Shown: positions 28,585 through 36,666 of the stretch, piece after piece
Layout of the letters: each line of letters begins with the position of its first letter
Position numbering within the stretch: the first letter of the stretch is position 1
Assembly (NCBI GenBank): GCA_043798915.1
Contig: JAZDOG010000024.1
Coordinates: 1 to 36,666, forward strand
Length of the DNA stretch: 36,666 nucleotides
From: Pseudomonadota bacterium
GTDB taxonomy: Bacteria; UBA10199; 2-02-FULL-44-16; JAAZCA01
Direction of reading: 5' to 3'
The notes under the pieces: generated by a model
Told to the model about the DNA's origin: nothing
What the model saw: the letters and a program-made list of their open reading frames with translations, nothing else
The model's database searches: none
Translations under genes and position numbers: made by a program

Positions 28585-30717
28585 ATGAAAACCATCACGA
28601 AAATAGCCTTATTGTTCCTCGTTGCTCTGGGCTGCATCAGACCCGCGATCGCTGAAGACATCAAGCTGACGAAGATCGGCGATATGTACAATGTGCCCAT
28701 GAGGATCAACGACGCCCGGACGATGAATTTTTTGCTCGACACCGGGGCCGTCGATGTCGGTTTCACCGACGATGTTGTTGACGGACTGCTCAAAGCGGGT
28801 GTCTTGCAAGAGGGCGATTTCAAAGGGTCAGAGACATTCAAAATGGTGGACGGCTCATCGATCAAGTGCCGCAAGATCAACCTGCGCAAGGTGCACATCG
28901 GCAACCGCGAGGTAAAAGACGTCGCGGCGAGTTCATGCCCCGGGAAGGATTCCCTCGTGGTGGGCCAGAGCCTGCTCAAGAAGCTGGAGTTGTTGACGAT
29001 AGATTACGGCAGGCAGGCGTTGGTGGTGAAGGGCGGCGGCGAGGTTGTCGCTGAAACACCGACCTACACCAAAAAAGATATCGCATACTACGAGGAAGCA
29101 GGATCGCAAAAAGATGCTGTTGCACTCTACAACCTTGCCTTGGCGTATTACCAGGGCAGCGGCGTGCCGAAAGACATGAAGAAAGCTGTGGAATTGCTTC
29201 AACGAGCGGCCGACTTGAACTATTCGATGGCACAAGCGTATCTTGGGATGATGTATGCGAATGGCGAGGGTGTTCCTCAAGATTACGCCAAGGCTGTGGA
29301 GTGGTACAGGAAGTCGGCCGAGCAGGGGAACGCCTTTGGACAGGCCAGCCTCGGGGTGATGTACGCGAAAGGCCATGGTGTTCCTCAAGATTACGCCAAG
29401 GCCATGGAGCTGTTTAGGAAGTCGGCGGATCAGGGGAACGCCGATGGACAGTCCAACCTCGGGGTGCTGTACGCGAAGGGCGATGGCGTTCCTCAAGATT
29501 ACGCCAAGGCCGCGGAGCTGTTCAAGAAGTCGGCGGAGCAGGGGAACGCCGGGGGACAGTACAGGCTCGGTTGGATGTACGCGGAGGGACATGGCGTTCC
29601 TCAAAATTACGCCAAGGCTGCGGAGTTGTATAGGAAGTCGGCGGAGCAGGGGAACTCCGAGGGACAGTACGGCCTCAGGGTGCTGTACGCGGAGGGACAT
29701 GGCGGTCCAAAGAATTTAGCAAAGGCTGCTTCATCAAATGTGCAGGCTAAAAATCAATGGCGACCTTTGTTTTCAACAGCACCAAGCGAAGAAGAGATAG
29801 TTAATAAGAAAGGAGAGGTCATTATAAGACAGGTTACACCAAGCTTTCCTGCTGCCAAGGCGGGCATTCGAGCTGGAGATGTTCTTGTGTCAATCGGCGA
29901 AAAGCCAGTTGACTCAATTATGGGTGCTATTAGCTTATTGGATGGAGATGCTAAAAAGGCATCCGTCGTGATAAAGAGAAATGGAGTATCGTCCAGAAAA
30001 AATGTTATTCTGAATCCTCAACCACCGAAATTTGGAATTTCATTCATCAATGGGGAGGTCAGCGTTGCGGACTCAGATACACACATGCAAACGGGGTGCG
30101 AACTACTTTTTGAAAATACTAGTTTGGTAGCGTCAATTGCGGAATCCGATTCATTTTACCAAGTATGGTTGTACATTAAAAACATAGGAAAGAAGACGAT
30201 CATCGCCCCATATAATGTAATGCTACAAGACGGTGCGTCGACAATGCTGAGAATGATGACTCCGCAAGAGTTAATATATGCGATGTATGGCAATTTGAAC
30301 AACGTCTATATTCCACCACCTCCTCCGACAGCGTCTATCCCTACCAGTTACAATGTTTCATCGACAAGCCTTACGACAGGCGGGATTACGAGAAGGGATA
30401 GCACCGTTACACCCTCGAATAGCGGGGTAAATAATCTTCAACATAATTTGTATAATCTAGGTGTTGCGATAGGAATGAGGCGTGCGGCAAAAACAATGGC
30501 TAGAAAAAAGAACGACGAAGTTTGGCTTAACAACAATTACTTGCGAAGAACAGAAATACCCCCGGGCGCGGCATATAAAGGGGCATTATTTTTTGCCAAA
30601 TCATCCAACAACCCACAAGCAATTACTCTTACAACGTATCCAGACGACAAACTTAGTGGAACATGCCACTTTAAAAGTCGTCAGGGAGAAACTAAGAGCA
30701 AAAAACGGAGCAAGTAG
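28585..30717 (+). CDS. Secreted retropepsin-like aspartic protease - Sel1 repeats - PDZ - unknown C-terminal domain
   Basis: Signal peptide; FLLDTGA..SLVVGQSLL (clan AA); five full plus one broken 36-aa Sel1 repeats; VTPSFPAAKAGIRAGDVLVSI (PDZ). Confidence 0.85.
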   Translation: MKTITKIALLFLVALGCIRPAIAEDIKLTKIGDMYNVPMRINDARTMNFLLDTGAVDVGFTDDVVDGLLKAGVLQEGDFKGSETFKMVDGSSIKCRKINLRKVHIGNREVKDVAASSCPGKDSLVVGQSLLKKLELLTIDYGRQALVVKGGGEVVAETPTYTKKDIAYYEEAGSQKDAVALYNLALAYYQGSGVPKDMKKAVELLQRAADLNYSMAQAYLGMMYANGEGVPQDYAKAVEWYRKSAEQGNAFGQASLGVMYAKGHGVPQDYAKAMELFRKSADQGNADGQSNLGVLYAKGDGVPQDYAKAAELFKKSAEQGNAGGQYRLGWMYAEGHGVPQNYAKAAELYRKSAEQGNSEGQYGLRVLYAEGHGGPKNLAKAASSNVQAKNQWRPLFSTAPSEEEIVNKKGEVIIRQVTPSFPAAKAGIRAGDVLVSIGEKPVDSIMGAISLLDGDAKKASVVIKRNGVSSRKNVILNPQPPKFGISFINGEVSVADSDTHMQTGCELLFENTSLVASIAESDSFYQVWLYIKNIGKKTIIAPYNVMLQDGASTMLRMMTPQELIYAMYGNLNNVYIPPPPPTASIPTSYNVSSTSLTTGGITRRDSTVTPSNSGVNNLQHNLYNLGVAIGMRRAAKTMARKKNDEVWLNNNYLRRTEIPPGAAYKGALFFAKSSNNPQAITLTTYPDDKLSGTCHFKSRQGETKSKKRSK
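29245..29725. repeat. 108-bp intragenic tandem repeats (Sel1 units)
   Basis: GTTCCTCAAGATTACGCCAAGGC recurs at 29272, 29380 and 29488, and with one mismatch at 29596. Confidence 0.9.
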
Positions 30718-30723
30718 GGTCAT

Positions 30724-32010
30724 ATGGAGAAAATCGGAGAAGCGCTATTAAAAATAGTAGTCTGCGTATTCTTAATGCTCGCCTTGGCGTTCGTTTCTCG
30801 TATTGTATGGTTGATTGCCAAAACCGACGCCCGAAAAGAAAAAGGCGATGGGGTGTTGAAAAAAGATGTTCTCCTGACGTTTATACGAATCATTCTTGTC
30901 AGCCTTCCAATAATTTATTTAGGGCTTCATGCTCTGATTGCCTACAATATAGAAGTCGAGTCGCTTCTAGGGGCGCTAATCATGGTAGCTTCAATGATGT
31001 CGATTTGGATTATCAACCATCACTGGCATCAAGTAAAAAAAATTATCGGTGTTACTATTATGAACGATTGGCTTAACAGAAAGACAGGGGATGCAACTTG
31101 TAGTAAGGTGTTTGTTCGTCAAGTTAGAGCAATAAACAATTGGATTGTGTACAAAATTCCAACCAAGTGTTTAATGTCAAAGAAAATGCTATTCCAACGT
31201 GGCATGAAAGAAATGGATATGGGGCAGTTAGAAGAGAGCTGCACAATCTTCAAAAGATTGATCACAGCTGAAAATCCTCACAAAACAGACGCACACTGGA
31301 ATTTAGCCGTCTGCCTGCTAAAGCAAGAATGCTTCGGACGTTCCGCTGAACAATATCGTTTGTTCTGCTCTAGGGTGCCACGTAAGGCTACTACCGAGCT
31401 TCTTGAATTCATAAAGGTTCTTGAAACGGCTACCGAACTACCCCAAGAGGAAGGGAATTTATTGGTTCTGAATCATAAAGAGCTAATTAAAGAACAAACG
31501 TTCCTCTTGAAGCTAGGAAATAAACAGGTAGACAGAAAGACGTTTCTGGATAGAGTTCAAACAACACTAGAGACCTTTGCAGAACAAGAAGAAACCTTCG
31601 CCGAAATAAGAAAATCGTTTGCCAGCAAGATCCCCCTTCGTGTTTACTCAATTCCACAGCTGGAGAATTTGGATCCTATAGACACATTTACTTTCTGTGA
31701 TGTATTTATTCAGCATGGGGTAGCAACCGCGCTTGTACTGATGGAATGTTGTGATAAAAAGCTACAGCGCATCAAGTTACCACCGTATCAGCATACATTT
31801 ACAGGGGAAGCAGAAATGTCAAAGCGATGCCCCGCCAATTGGCATTTTGTCGCTTCTGTGCTGGACGCGATTATTTATGATCTTGCAAATCAATTTGCTT
31901 CACAAAAGACGGGACTCGATCAATCCACCCTGGAGACCATTAAGGAAAGAATGATAAAGGAATTTGTCTATGATGGATTTTCAATTGGCCTGGAATCATT
32001 CGACTGCTAG
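30724..32010 (+). CDS. Hypothetical membrane protein with TPR-like segment (AT-rich)
   Basis: About three N-terminal TM helices; LFQRGM..GQLEES..F..DAHWNLAVCLLK resembles TPR. Long ORF in AT-rich DNA, starting 6 bp after the previous stop. Confidence 0.7.
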   Translation: MEKIGEALLKIVVCVFLMLALAFVSRIVWLIAKTDARKEKGDGVLKKDVLLTFIRIILVSLPIIYLGLHALIAYNIEVESLLGALIMVASMMSIWIINHHWHQVKKIIGVTIMNDWLNRKTGDATCSKVFVRQVRAINNWIVYKIPTKCLMSKKMLFQRGMKEMDMGQLEESCTIFKRLITAENPHKTDAHWNLAVCLLKQECFGRSAEQYRLFCSRVPRKATTELLEFIKVLETATELPQEEGNLLVLNHKELIKEQTFLLKLGNKQVDRKTFLDRVQTTLETFAEQEETFAEIRKSFASKIPLRVYSIPQLENLDPIDTFTFCDVFIQHGVATALVLMECCDKKLQRIKLPPYQHTFTGEAEMSKRCPANWHFVASVLDAIIYDLANQFASQKTGLDQSTLETIKERMIKEFVYDGFSIGLESFDC

Positions 32011-32112
32011 GACGTGTTGACAATTATCGGAGCCATATTGTCCACGCAGCCACATAAAGAAAAGTGGTCAAATCTGGACATTGGACAGTCGGTTTCTTTA
32101 TTTGGCCAAGGA

Positions 32113-32331
32113 GCGAAAAACGAGGATGTGTTAAGGGATGGTCGTAGGTGCTAAAAGCGCGTTTACGAGACGAGCGTATGACGAAGACAAAAATCGTTGT
32201 GGTTTAAAACTTGAAGGCTGACAGCGGACGCCATTCAAGTTTTTGTAAACCACAACGATTTTTGACGAGGAATAGCGAGCGAAGTGCGCCCTGCACCTAC
32301 GACCATCACTTAACACATCCTCGTTTTTCGC
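32113..32331. repeat. 219-bp long palindrome (MITE/REP-like element)
   Basis: Outer arms 32113-32151 and 32293-32331 are 39-bp inverted repeats with one mismatch. Inner arms 32188-32215 and 32234-32264 pair fully except for a 3-nt bulge. Confidence 0.9.
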
Positions 32332-32383
32332 CACGCTATTTGTTGACCCGCATATCATCGGGCAAATCTGGAGGGCGAATAGA

Positions 32384-32998
32384 ATGAACAAGAGAATGAA
32401 GCTGTCTGCCGTCTTGGTTGCGCTGGCGATGATGGCCTGCGCGCATGGCTGCACCAGACAGAAGCAGAAGGAGGCGAAGATGAGCGATGCGATCGGCGTC
32501 ATCATGAACCGCAAGAGCGTGCGCAATTTCACGGGAGAGGGAGTCGGCAGAGAGGCGCTGGATCAGCTCTTGCGCGCGGGCATGGCGGCACCCACCGCGG
32601 TGAATCGGCAGCCCTGGTCGTTCGTGGTGGTCACGGATCGGCAGACGCTGAATGCGCTGAACGATGGGCTGCCCCATGCCCAGATGCTGGACAAGGCGGG
32701 CGCGGCGATCGTGGTTTGCGCGCACCCCGCCCGGGCCTTTCAGGAGAGCCTCGAATACGCCATCATCGACACGAGCAACGCCAGCGAGAACATCCTGCTT
32801 GCCGCCGAGGCGCTGGGGCTGGGCGCTTTATGGACCGTGGTCTATCCAGACAAGGCCCGCATGGAGTTCGTGCGCAAGGCGCTTCAGATTCCCGACGAGG
32901 CGATTCCGCTGAACGTGATCCCGATCGGCCACCCCACGGGCGCGGACATGCCCAAGGACAAATATAAGGCGGAGAACATCCACTGGGAAAAGTGGTAA
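32384..32998 (+). CDS. Nitroreductase family flavoprotein (start 32384 or 32480)
   Basis: RKSVRNF, AGMAAPTAVNRQPWSF, D..ASENILLAAEALGLGALW, VIPIGHP. Confidence 0.9.
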   Translation: MNKRMKLSAVLVALAMMACAHGCTRQKQKEAKMSDAIGVIMNRKSVRNFTGEGVGREALDQLLRAGMAAPTAVNRQPWSFVVVTDRQTLNALNDGLPHAQMLDKAGAAIVVCAHPARAFQESLEYAIIDTSNASENILLAAEALGLGALWTVVYPDKARMEFVRKALQIPDEAIPLNVIPIGHPTGADMPKDKYKAENIHWEKW

Positions 32999-33019
32999 GG
33001 CCATGTCCTGATGCAGAAA

Positions 33020-33057
33020 CTGAACTACCCGTCGCGGAGCCCTTCGACGGAGTTCAG
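33020..33057. repeat. REP-like hairpin / possible terminator after the nitroreductase
   Basis: CTGAACT..CCGTCG pairs with CGACGG-AGTTCAG. Contains CCCTTCGAC..TCAGG, resembling a widespread extragenic palindrome. Confidence 0.45.
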
Positions 33058-33111
33058 GGCACGGCAAAAAGGCACAGTCCGTTTCGTCTGATGATGTTCT
33101 GTAGATTTTAG

Positions 33112-33140
33112 TAGACAAGGCCCTCCTTTGGGCTTAGCAT
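33112..33140 (+). promoter_or_regulatory. Sigma70-type promoter candidate for the leader RNA / NYN gene
   Basis: TAGACA-N17-TAGCAT. Confidence 0.55.
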
Positions 33141-33146
33141 CTTCAC

Positions 33147-33203
33147 ATACCACCCCTGTCGCTTCGGCGCGGGGCGCGAGGCCGCGAAAGCGGCCTTTGC
33201 TTT
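33147..33203 (+). ncRNA. Candidate structured leader RNA (two tetraloop hairpins, second terminator-like)
   Basis: CCCUG(U)CGC-UUCG-GCGCGGGG then GAGGCCGC-GAAA-GCGGCCUU-UGCUUU, directly abutting the ATG. Confidence 0.5.
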
Positions 33204-33839
33204 ATGAGCCCTACCCCAAAAACCAGTGTCTATATCGACGGTTTCAATCTGTATTTCGGAGCGTTGAAGAAAACGCCCTTCCGCTGGCTCAATATCGCGA
33301 CGATGTGCCGCTTATTACTTCCCAAAAATGACATCTGCGAAATCAAGTATTTTACAGCCCTTGTCACACCCCGCGCAGGAGATGAACAACAACCGATGCG
33401 CCAACAGACGTATCTGCGGGCACTGAAAACGCTTCCAAATCTTTCTATCGTTTTGGGACATTTTCTCACCCATGAGGTGAATATGCCGCTGGCCGCCAGT
33501 AAAGGGCCAAAATTCGAATACGTGCGCGTCATCAAGACGGAAGAAAAGGGCTCCGATGTAAATCTGGCCGTGCATCTGCTCAACGATGGCTACCAAAACA
33601 AATACGACATGGCGGTCGTGGTGTCGAACGATTCTGACCTCGTCGAGGCTATACGGATTGTAACAAAGCAGCTCCACAAGGGCGTTGGCGTCTTGAATCC
33701 CCATAAAAACCCGAGTCGCACGCTTCTCGCTCACGCGACATTCTTCAAGACCATTCGCAAAGGTGTCTTGCGTGTATCCCAATTTGAGCCAGCGCTGGAA
33801 GACACCAACGGCAGGTTCCATAAACCGGAGTCATGGTAA
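33204..33839 (+). CDS. NYN domain (LabA/DUF88, PIN-fold) putative RNase
   Basis: VYIDGFNLY, IKYFTA, EEKGSDVNLA, VVSNDSDL: complete acidic PIN-fold catalytic set. Confidence 0.9.
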   Translation: MSPTPKTSVYIDGFNLYFGALKKTPFRWLNIATMCRLLLPKNDICEIKYFTALVTPRAGDEQQPMRQQTYLRALKTLPNLSIVLGHFLTHEVNMPLAASKGPKFEYVRVIKTEEKGSDVNLAVHLLNDGYQNKYDMAVVVSNDSDLVEAIRIVTKQLHKGVGVLNPHKNPSRTLLAHATFFKTIRKGVLRVSQFEPALEDTNGRFHKPESW

Positions 33840-33870
33840 GCGCGGAACCATTGGTGACCAGTGGTCCAAT

Positions 33871-35265
33871 ATGGCGGAAGGATTCATCAAAACAAAGATA
33901 GACGGCACAGCCGTCGAGATCGGCGATGAGCTGATTGCGAAATATGACCGTCCGCTGCCGCGCTATACTAGTTACCCCCCGGCGCCGGCATGGGGCGAGT
34001 TCTCGGCTGAAACTGAGGCCCATGCGCTTTGCTCGGCGGCTTCGGCTCCCGTCTCGCTCTACATCCATATCCCATTCTGCGATGCCAAGTGCGCATTCTG
34101 CGGCTGCCATTCGGTCGCCACGCCTGACCGCGAAATAGCAGAGAGGTACGTGGCCGCGTGTGTGGCAGAGATGGCCATCGTCTCAACGCACGCCGGAAAA
34201 AAGATGGGGGTCGGCCAGATACATTTTGGCGGTGGGACGCCGACCTCCATCGGCATCGAGAGTCTCGGACGAATTATCGAATCTGCTAGAAATAATTTCA
34301 GCATCGATGCCGAAGCCGAGATCGGGATCGAGATCGATCCCCGAACGGTGTCTGTGAAGGATATCGAAACACTCGCCTCCTTTGGATTCAACCGAGCCAG
34401 CTTTGGAGTTCAGGATTTCGATGCGGATGTGGGGCGGGCTATAGGCAGGAGCGCCGACCCTGGGCACGCGGGGGAACTCACCCGTGCGGCGCGCGCCTCC
34501 GGGATGGGCGGCATCAATTTCGATCTCATCTACGGCCTGCCCGCACAAAATCCCGAAAGCTGGAGGAGGACGCTCGCCCGGACCATGGAGTTCTCACCGG
34601 ACAGAATCGCCCTCTTCAACTTCGCGTATCTCCCCAGCCTCCTCCCCCATCAAAAGGGCCTGGACGAGAATCTCCTCCCGTCGCCACGGACGAAGGTCGA
34701 GCTCTTCGCGGCGGCGATCGAGATATTTCAGGACGCTGGATTTGAATTCATCGGCCTCGACCACTTCGCCCGCGCAGGCGACGCCCTCGCAAAGGCGCAC
34801 CACAGCGGAAACCTCACGAGGAATTTTCAGGGATACTCGGCGGGCGCTGAGACTTCGCTCGTCGGACTCGGCGCGACGGCGATAAGCGAGATCGACGATA
34901 TCTACGGCCAGAACGAAGTGAAGCTCGTCAGCTATCTGGATAAGATCGAATCGGGCAATCTCGCCACGGCGCGCGGCATGGTCCTCTCCAAAGATGATGA
35001 GATGAGGCGATGGGCGATCAGGAAGATCATGTGCAGCCAGCGTCTCTCCAAGCCGGAGTTCGCGCAAAAGTGGGGCAAAAATTTCGACGCCGCGTTTCCG
35101 GAAGCGGCGGCCCGCCTTAAAGCCATCGAAGATGACGGAATTGTCCGAAATACGCCCGACGCCGTCGAGGTGACGCCGCTCGGCAGGATCTTCGTCCGAG
35201 CAGTCGCCGCAACCTTCGATGCCACGCTGGACCAGAGATCAAAACACTATTCGCGCGGGATCTGA
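33871..35265 (+). CDS. hemN: Oxygen-independent coproporphyrinogen III oxidase (radical SAM)
   Basis: PRYTSYP, LYIHIPFCDAKCAFCGC (CxxxCxxC), HFGGGTPT, EIDPR, GVQDF, DLIYGLP, IGLDHFA, RNFQGYS. Confidence 0.95.
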   Translation: MAEGFIKTKIDGTAVEIGDELIAKYDRPLPRYTSYPPAPAWGEFSAETEAHALCSAASAPVSLYIHIPFCDAKCAFCGCHSVATPDREIAERYVAACVAEMAIVSTHAGKKMGVGQIHFGGGTPTSIGIESLGRIIESARNNFSIDAEAEIGIEIDPRTVSVKDIETLASFGFNRASFGVQDFDADVGRAIGRSADPGHAGELTRAARASGMGGINFDLIYGLPAQNPESWRRTLARTMEFSPDRIALFNFAYLPSLLPHQKGLDENLLPSPRTKVELFAAAIEIFQDAGFEFIGLDHFARAGDALAKAHHSGNLTRNFQGYSAGAETSLVGLGATAISEIDDIYGQNEVKLVSYLDKIESGNLATARGMVLSKDDEMRRWAIRKIMCSQRLSKPEFAQKWGKNFDAAFPEAAARLKAIEDDGIVRNTPDAVEVTPLGRIFVRAVAATFDATLDQRSKHYSRGI

Positions 35266-36666
35266 TCAACCCGCGCAGCAATTTGCAGCCAAACGCCCCG
35301 CCCGCTCGCTTCTCCATCGCCAGATGTAATACACCGGGAAACCTGTCAGGACTATCGCGAGGCCCGGCCACGTGTACGCGGGCTTGTAGATCAGGAGGTC
35401 GATGCAGATGAGCGATGCCCCCACGATGTAGACGATCTGCAGCCAGGGATAGCCCCATGCCCTGTAGGGGCGCGGCATATCGGGCTTGGTCTTCCTGAGC
35501 CTCATGAGGCCGGCGATGGTGAGGATGTAGAAGACGAGTGTCGCGAAGATGACGTAGTCGAGCAGCTGGCTATAGCTGCCGGAGAGCGTCAGGAGGCACG
35601 ACCACACGCCGCCGACTATCAGCGCGGTCGTGGGGACGTGTGTCCTGGGATTTATGCGGCCGACCGCCTTGAAGAAAAGTCCGTCCTGGGCCATGGCGTA
35701 GAACATGCGCGAGCCCATGAGAATGTTGCCATTGACGCACCCGAACGTGGATATGAGGATCGCCGCCACGATGGCCGTGAGTCCCGCGCTGCCGAGTATC
35801 GTCTGGGCGACCGCCGCTGCGACGCGGTCCTCGGATGCATACTGGATTCCGCGGGCCATGACGTCGGCGCCGGCCGGATCGCCGAAGAGGGGCAGGACGC
35901 TCATGTAGGCCACGTTCACTATCAGATAGAGCAGCGCCACGGAGCCCGTCCCGAACAGGAGCGCGAGCGGAAGATTTCTCTGCGGATTCCTCACCTCCGC
36001 GGCCGTGGCGCAGACGTACGCCCACGCGTCCATGGCGAAGAGCGACCCGACCATCGCGGCACCGATCGATGTTATCGCGCTCATCCCGAAACTCGTCCCG
36101 GCGAACAGGTTCGAGAAATTTGTGTGCATGATCTGTGGGTTTCTGCCGATCGTCAGCCCGGCGATGACCAGCATCACGACGGCCAGGCACTTGAGGACCG
36201 TGAAGAGGTTCTGCACGCGGGCGCCGTCCTTGACGCCGCGGCAGTTTATATATGTGAGCACGGCGACCACCATCATCGCCACGAGCTGCTGAGTCGACAC
36301 CCCCACCGGCCCCACGGAGAAGACTATGTTCTTGGCCGAGACCGCCGGGATGAAGATGCCGAGGTACTTCGCGAAGGCAACCGATACCGCGGCCACGATC
36401 CCGGTGACGATCACCAGGAAGAACGTCCAGCCGAAGAGAAAGGCCGGCAGCTTTCCATACGCCTCGCGCAGATAGACGTACTGACCGCCCGCCTTGGGCA
36501 TAGCGGCCGAGAGCTCCGCGTAGCTCAGGGCTCCGATGACGCTCAAGACGCCTGCGATGATCCAGACTAGGAAGAAGAGGCCGGGCGACCTGACGGTCCT
36601 CGCGATGTCGGCGGAGACGATGAATATGCCGGAGCCTATCACCGAGCCGACCACGAGCGCCGTCGT
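35266..36666 (-). CDS. APC-superfamily amino acid permease, 5' end outside the window
   Basis: VGSVIGSGIF, YAELSAAMPKAGGQYVYL, AEVRNPQRNLP, AMAQDGLF, RPYRAWGYP. Frame open to the window edge. Confidence 0.92.
   Translation of the reverse strand, partial: TTALVVGSVIGSGIFIVSADIARTVRSPGLFFLVWIIAGVLSVIGALSYAELSAAMPKAGGQYVYLREAYGKLPAFLFGWTFFLVIVTGIVAAVSVAFAKYLGIFIPAVSAKNIVFSVGPVGVSTQQLVAMMVVAVLTYINCRGVKDGARVQNLFTVLKCLAVVMLVIAGLTIGRNPQIMHTNFSNLFAGTSFGMSAITSIGAAMVGSLFAMDAWAYVCATAAEVRNPQRNLPLALLFGTGSVALLYLIVNVAYMSVLPLFGDPAGADVMARGIQYASEDRVAAAVAQTILGSAGLTAIVAAILISTFGCVNGNILMGSRMFYAMAQDGLFFKAVGRINPRTHVPTTALIVGGVWSCLLTLSGSYSQLLDYVIFATLVFYILTIAGLMRLRKTKPDMPRPYRAWGYPWLQIVYIVGASLICIDLLIYKPAYTWPGLAIVLTGFPVYYIWRWRSERAGRLAANCCAG

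Noticed and set aside
29245..29725. Regularly spaced 23-bp repeats as a CRISPR array
   Set aside because: The period is 108 bp, the intervening sequences are homologous to each other, and all lie in frame as Sel1 repeats. No cas genes.
32113..32331. Long palindrome as an integron attC site or retron msr-msd
   Set aside because: The order is GTT..AAC, opposite to attC (RYYYAAC..GTTRRRY), and it is longer than typical attC sites. No integron integrase or reverse transcriptase in the window.
33763..33870. N-terminal extension of hemN overlapping the NYN gene
   Set aside because: HemN-like sequence begins after ATG 33871, so the extension is an ORF-calling artefact.
1281..36570. Many long antisense or alternate-frame ORFs (e.g. 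10503-12272, 18230-19612, 22183-23250, 35638-36570)
   Set aside because: Shadow ORFs expected in GC-rich coding DNA. They are Arg/Pro/Gly-rich, lack motifs, and overlap well-supported genes.

Overview
GC-rich bacterial chromosomal segment. The MYXO-CTERM-like sorting tails and gene content suggest a deltaproteobacterial or Myxococcota-like lineage (inference only). Left to right: a truncated ferrochelatase (hemH); a split B12-dependent methionine synthase; three secreted thrombospondin type-3 (TSP3) repeat proteins with Cys/TM/basic C-terminal tails; a pteridine-reductase-like SDR plus QueD/PTPS; a PAP2-like protein; NifU; nrdJ-thyX with tandem NrdR boxes and DnaA boxes upstream; DUF116; an AI-2E transporter; a TatT-type TRAP system; a PAS-PAS protein; an unannotated 48-aa ORF with a sigma54-type promoter; greA; an AsmA / L,D-transpeptidase / S8 protease cluster; hemE; a 5.6 kb accessory stretch; hemN; and a truncated APC permease. 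The accessory stretch holds an IS481-like end, an aspartic protease-Sel1-PDZ chimera, an AT-rich TM/TPR gene, a 219-bp palindrome, a nitroreductase, and a NYN/PIN RNase gene preceded by a promoter and a two-hairpin RNA leader. Best candidates for undescribed biology: the RNA leader plus NYN RNase module (type III toxin-antitoxin-like layout), the long palindrome, the protease chimera, and the TSP3 surface-protein cluster under two different alternative-sigma promoters. No rRNA, tRNA, CRISPR array or intact transposase was seen. All calls come from reading motifs by eye; no searches were run.
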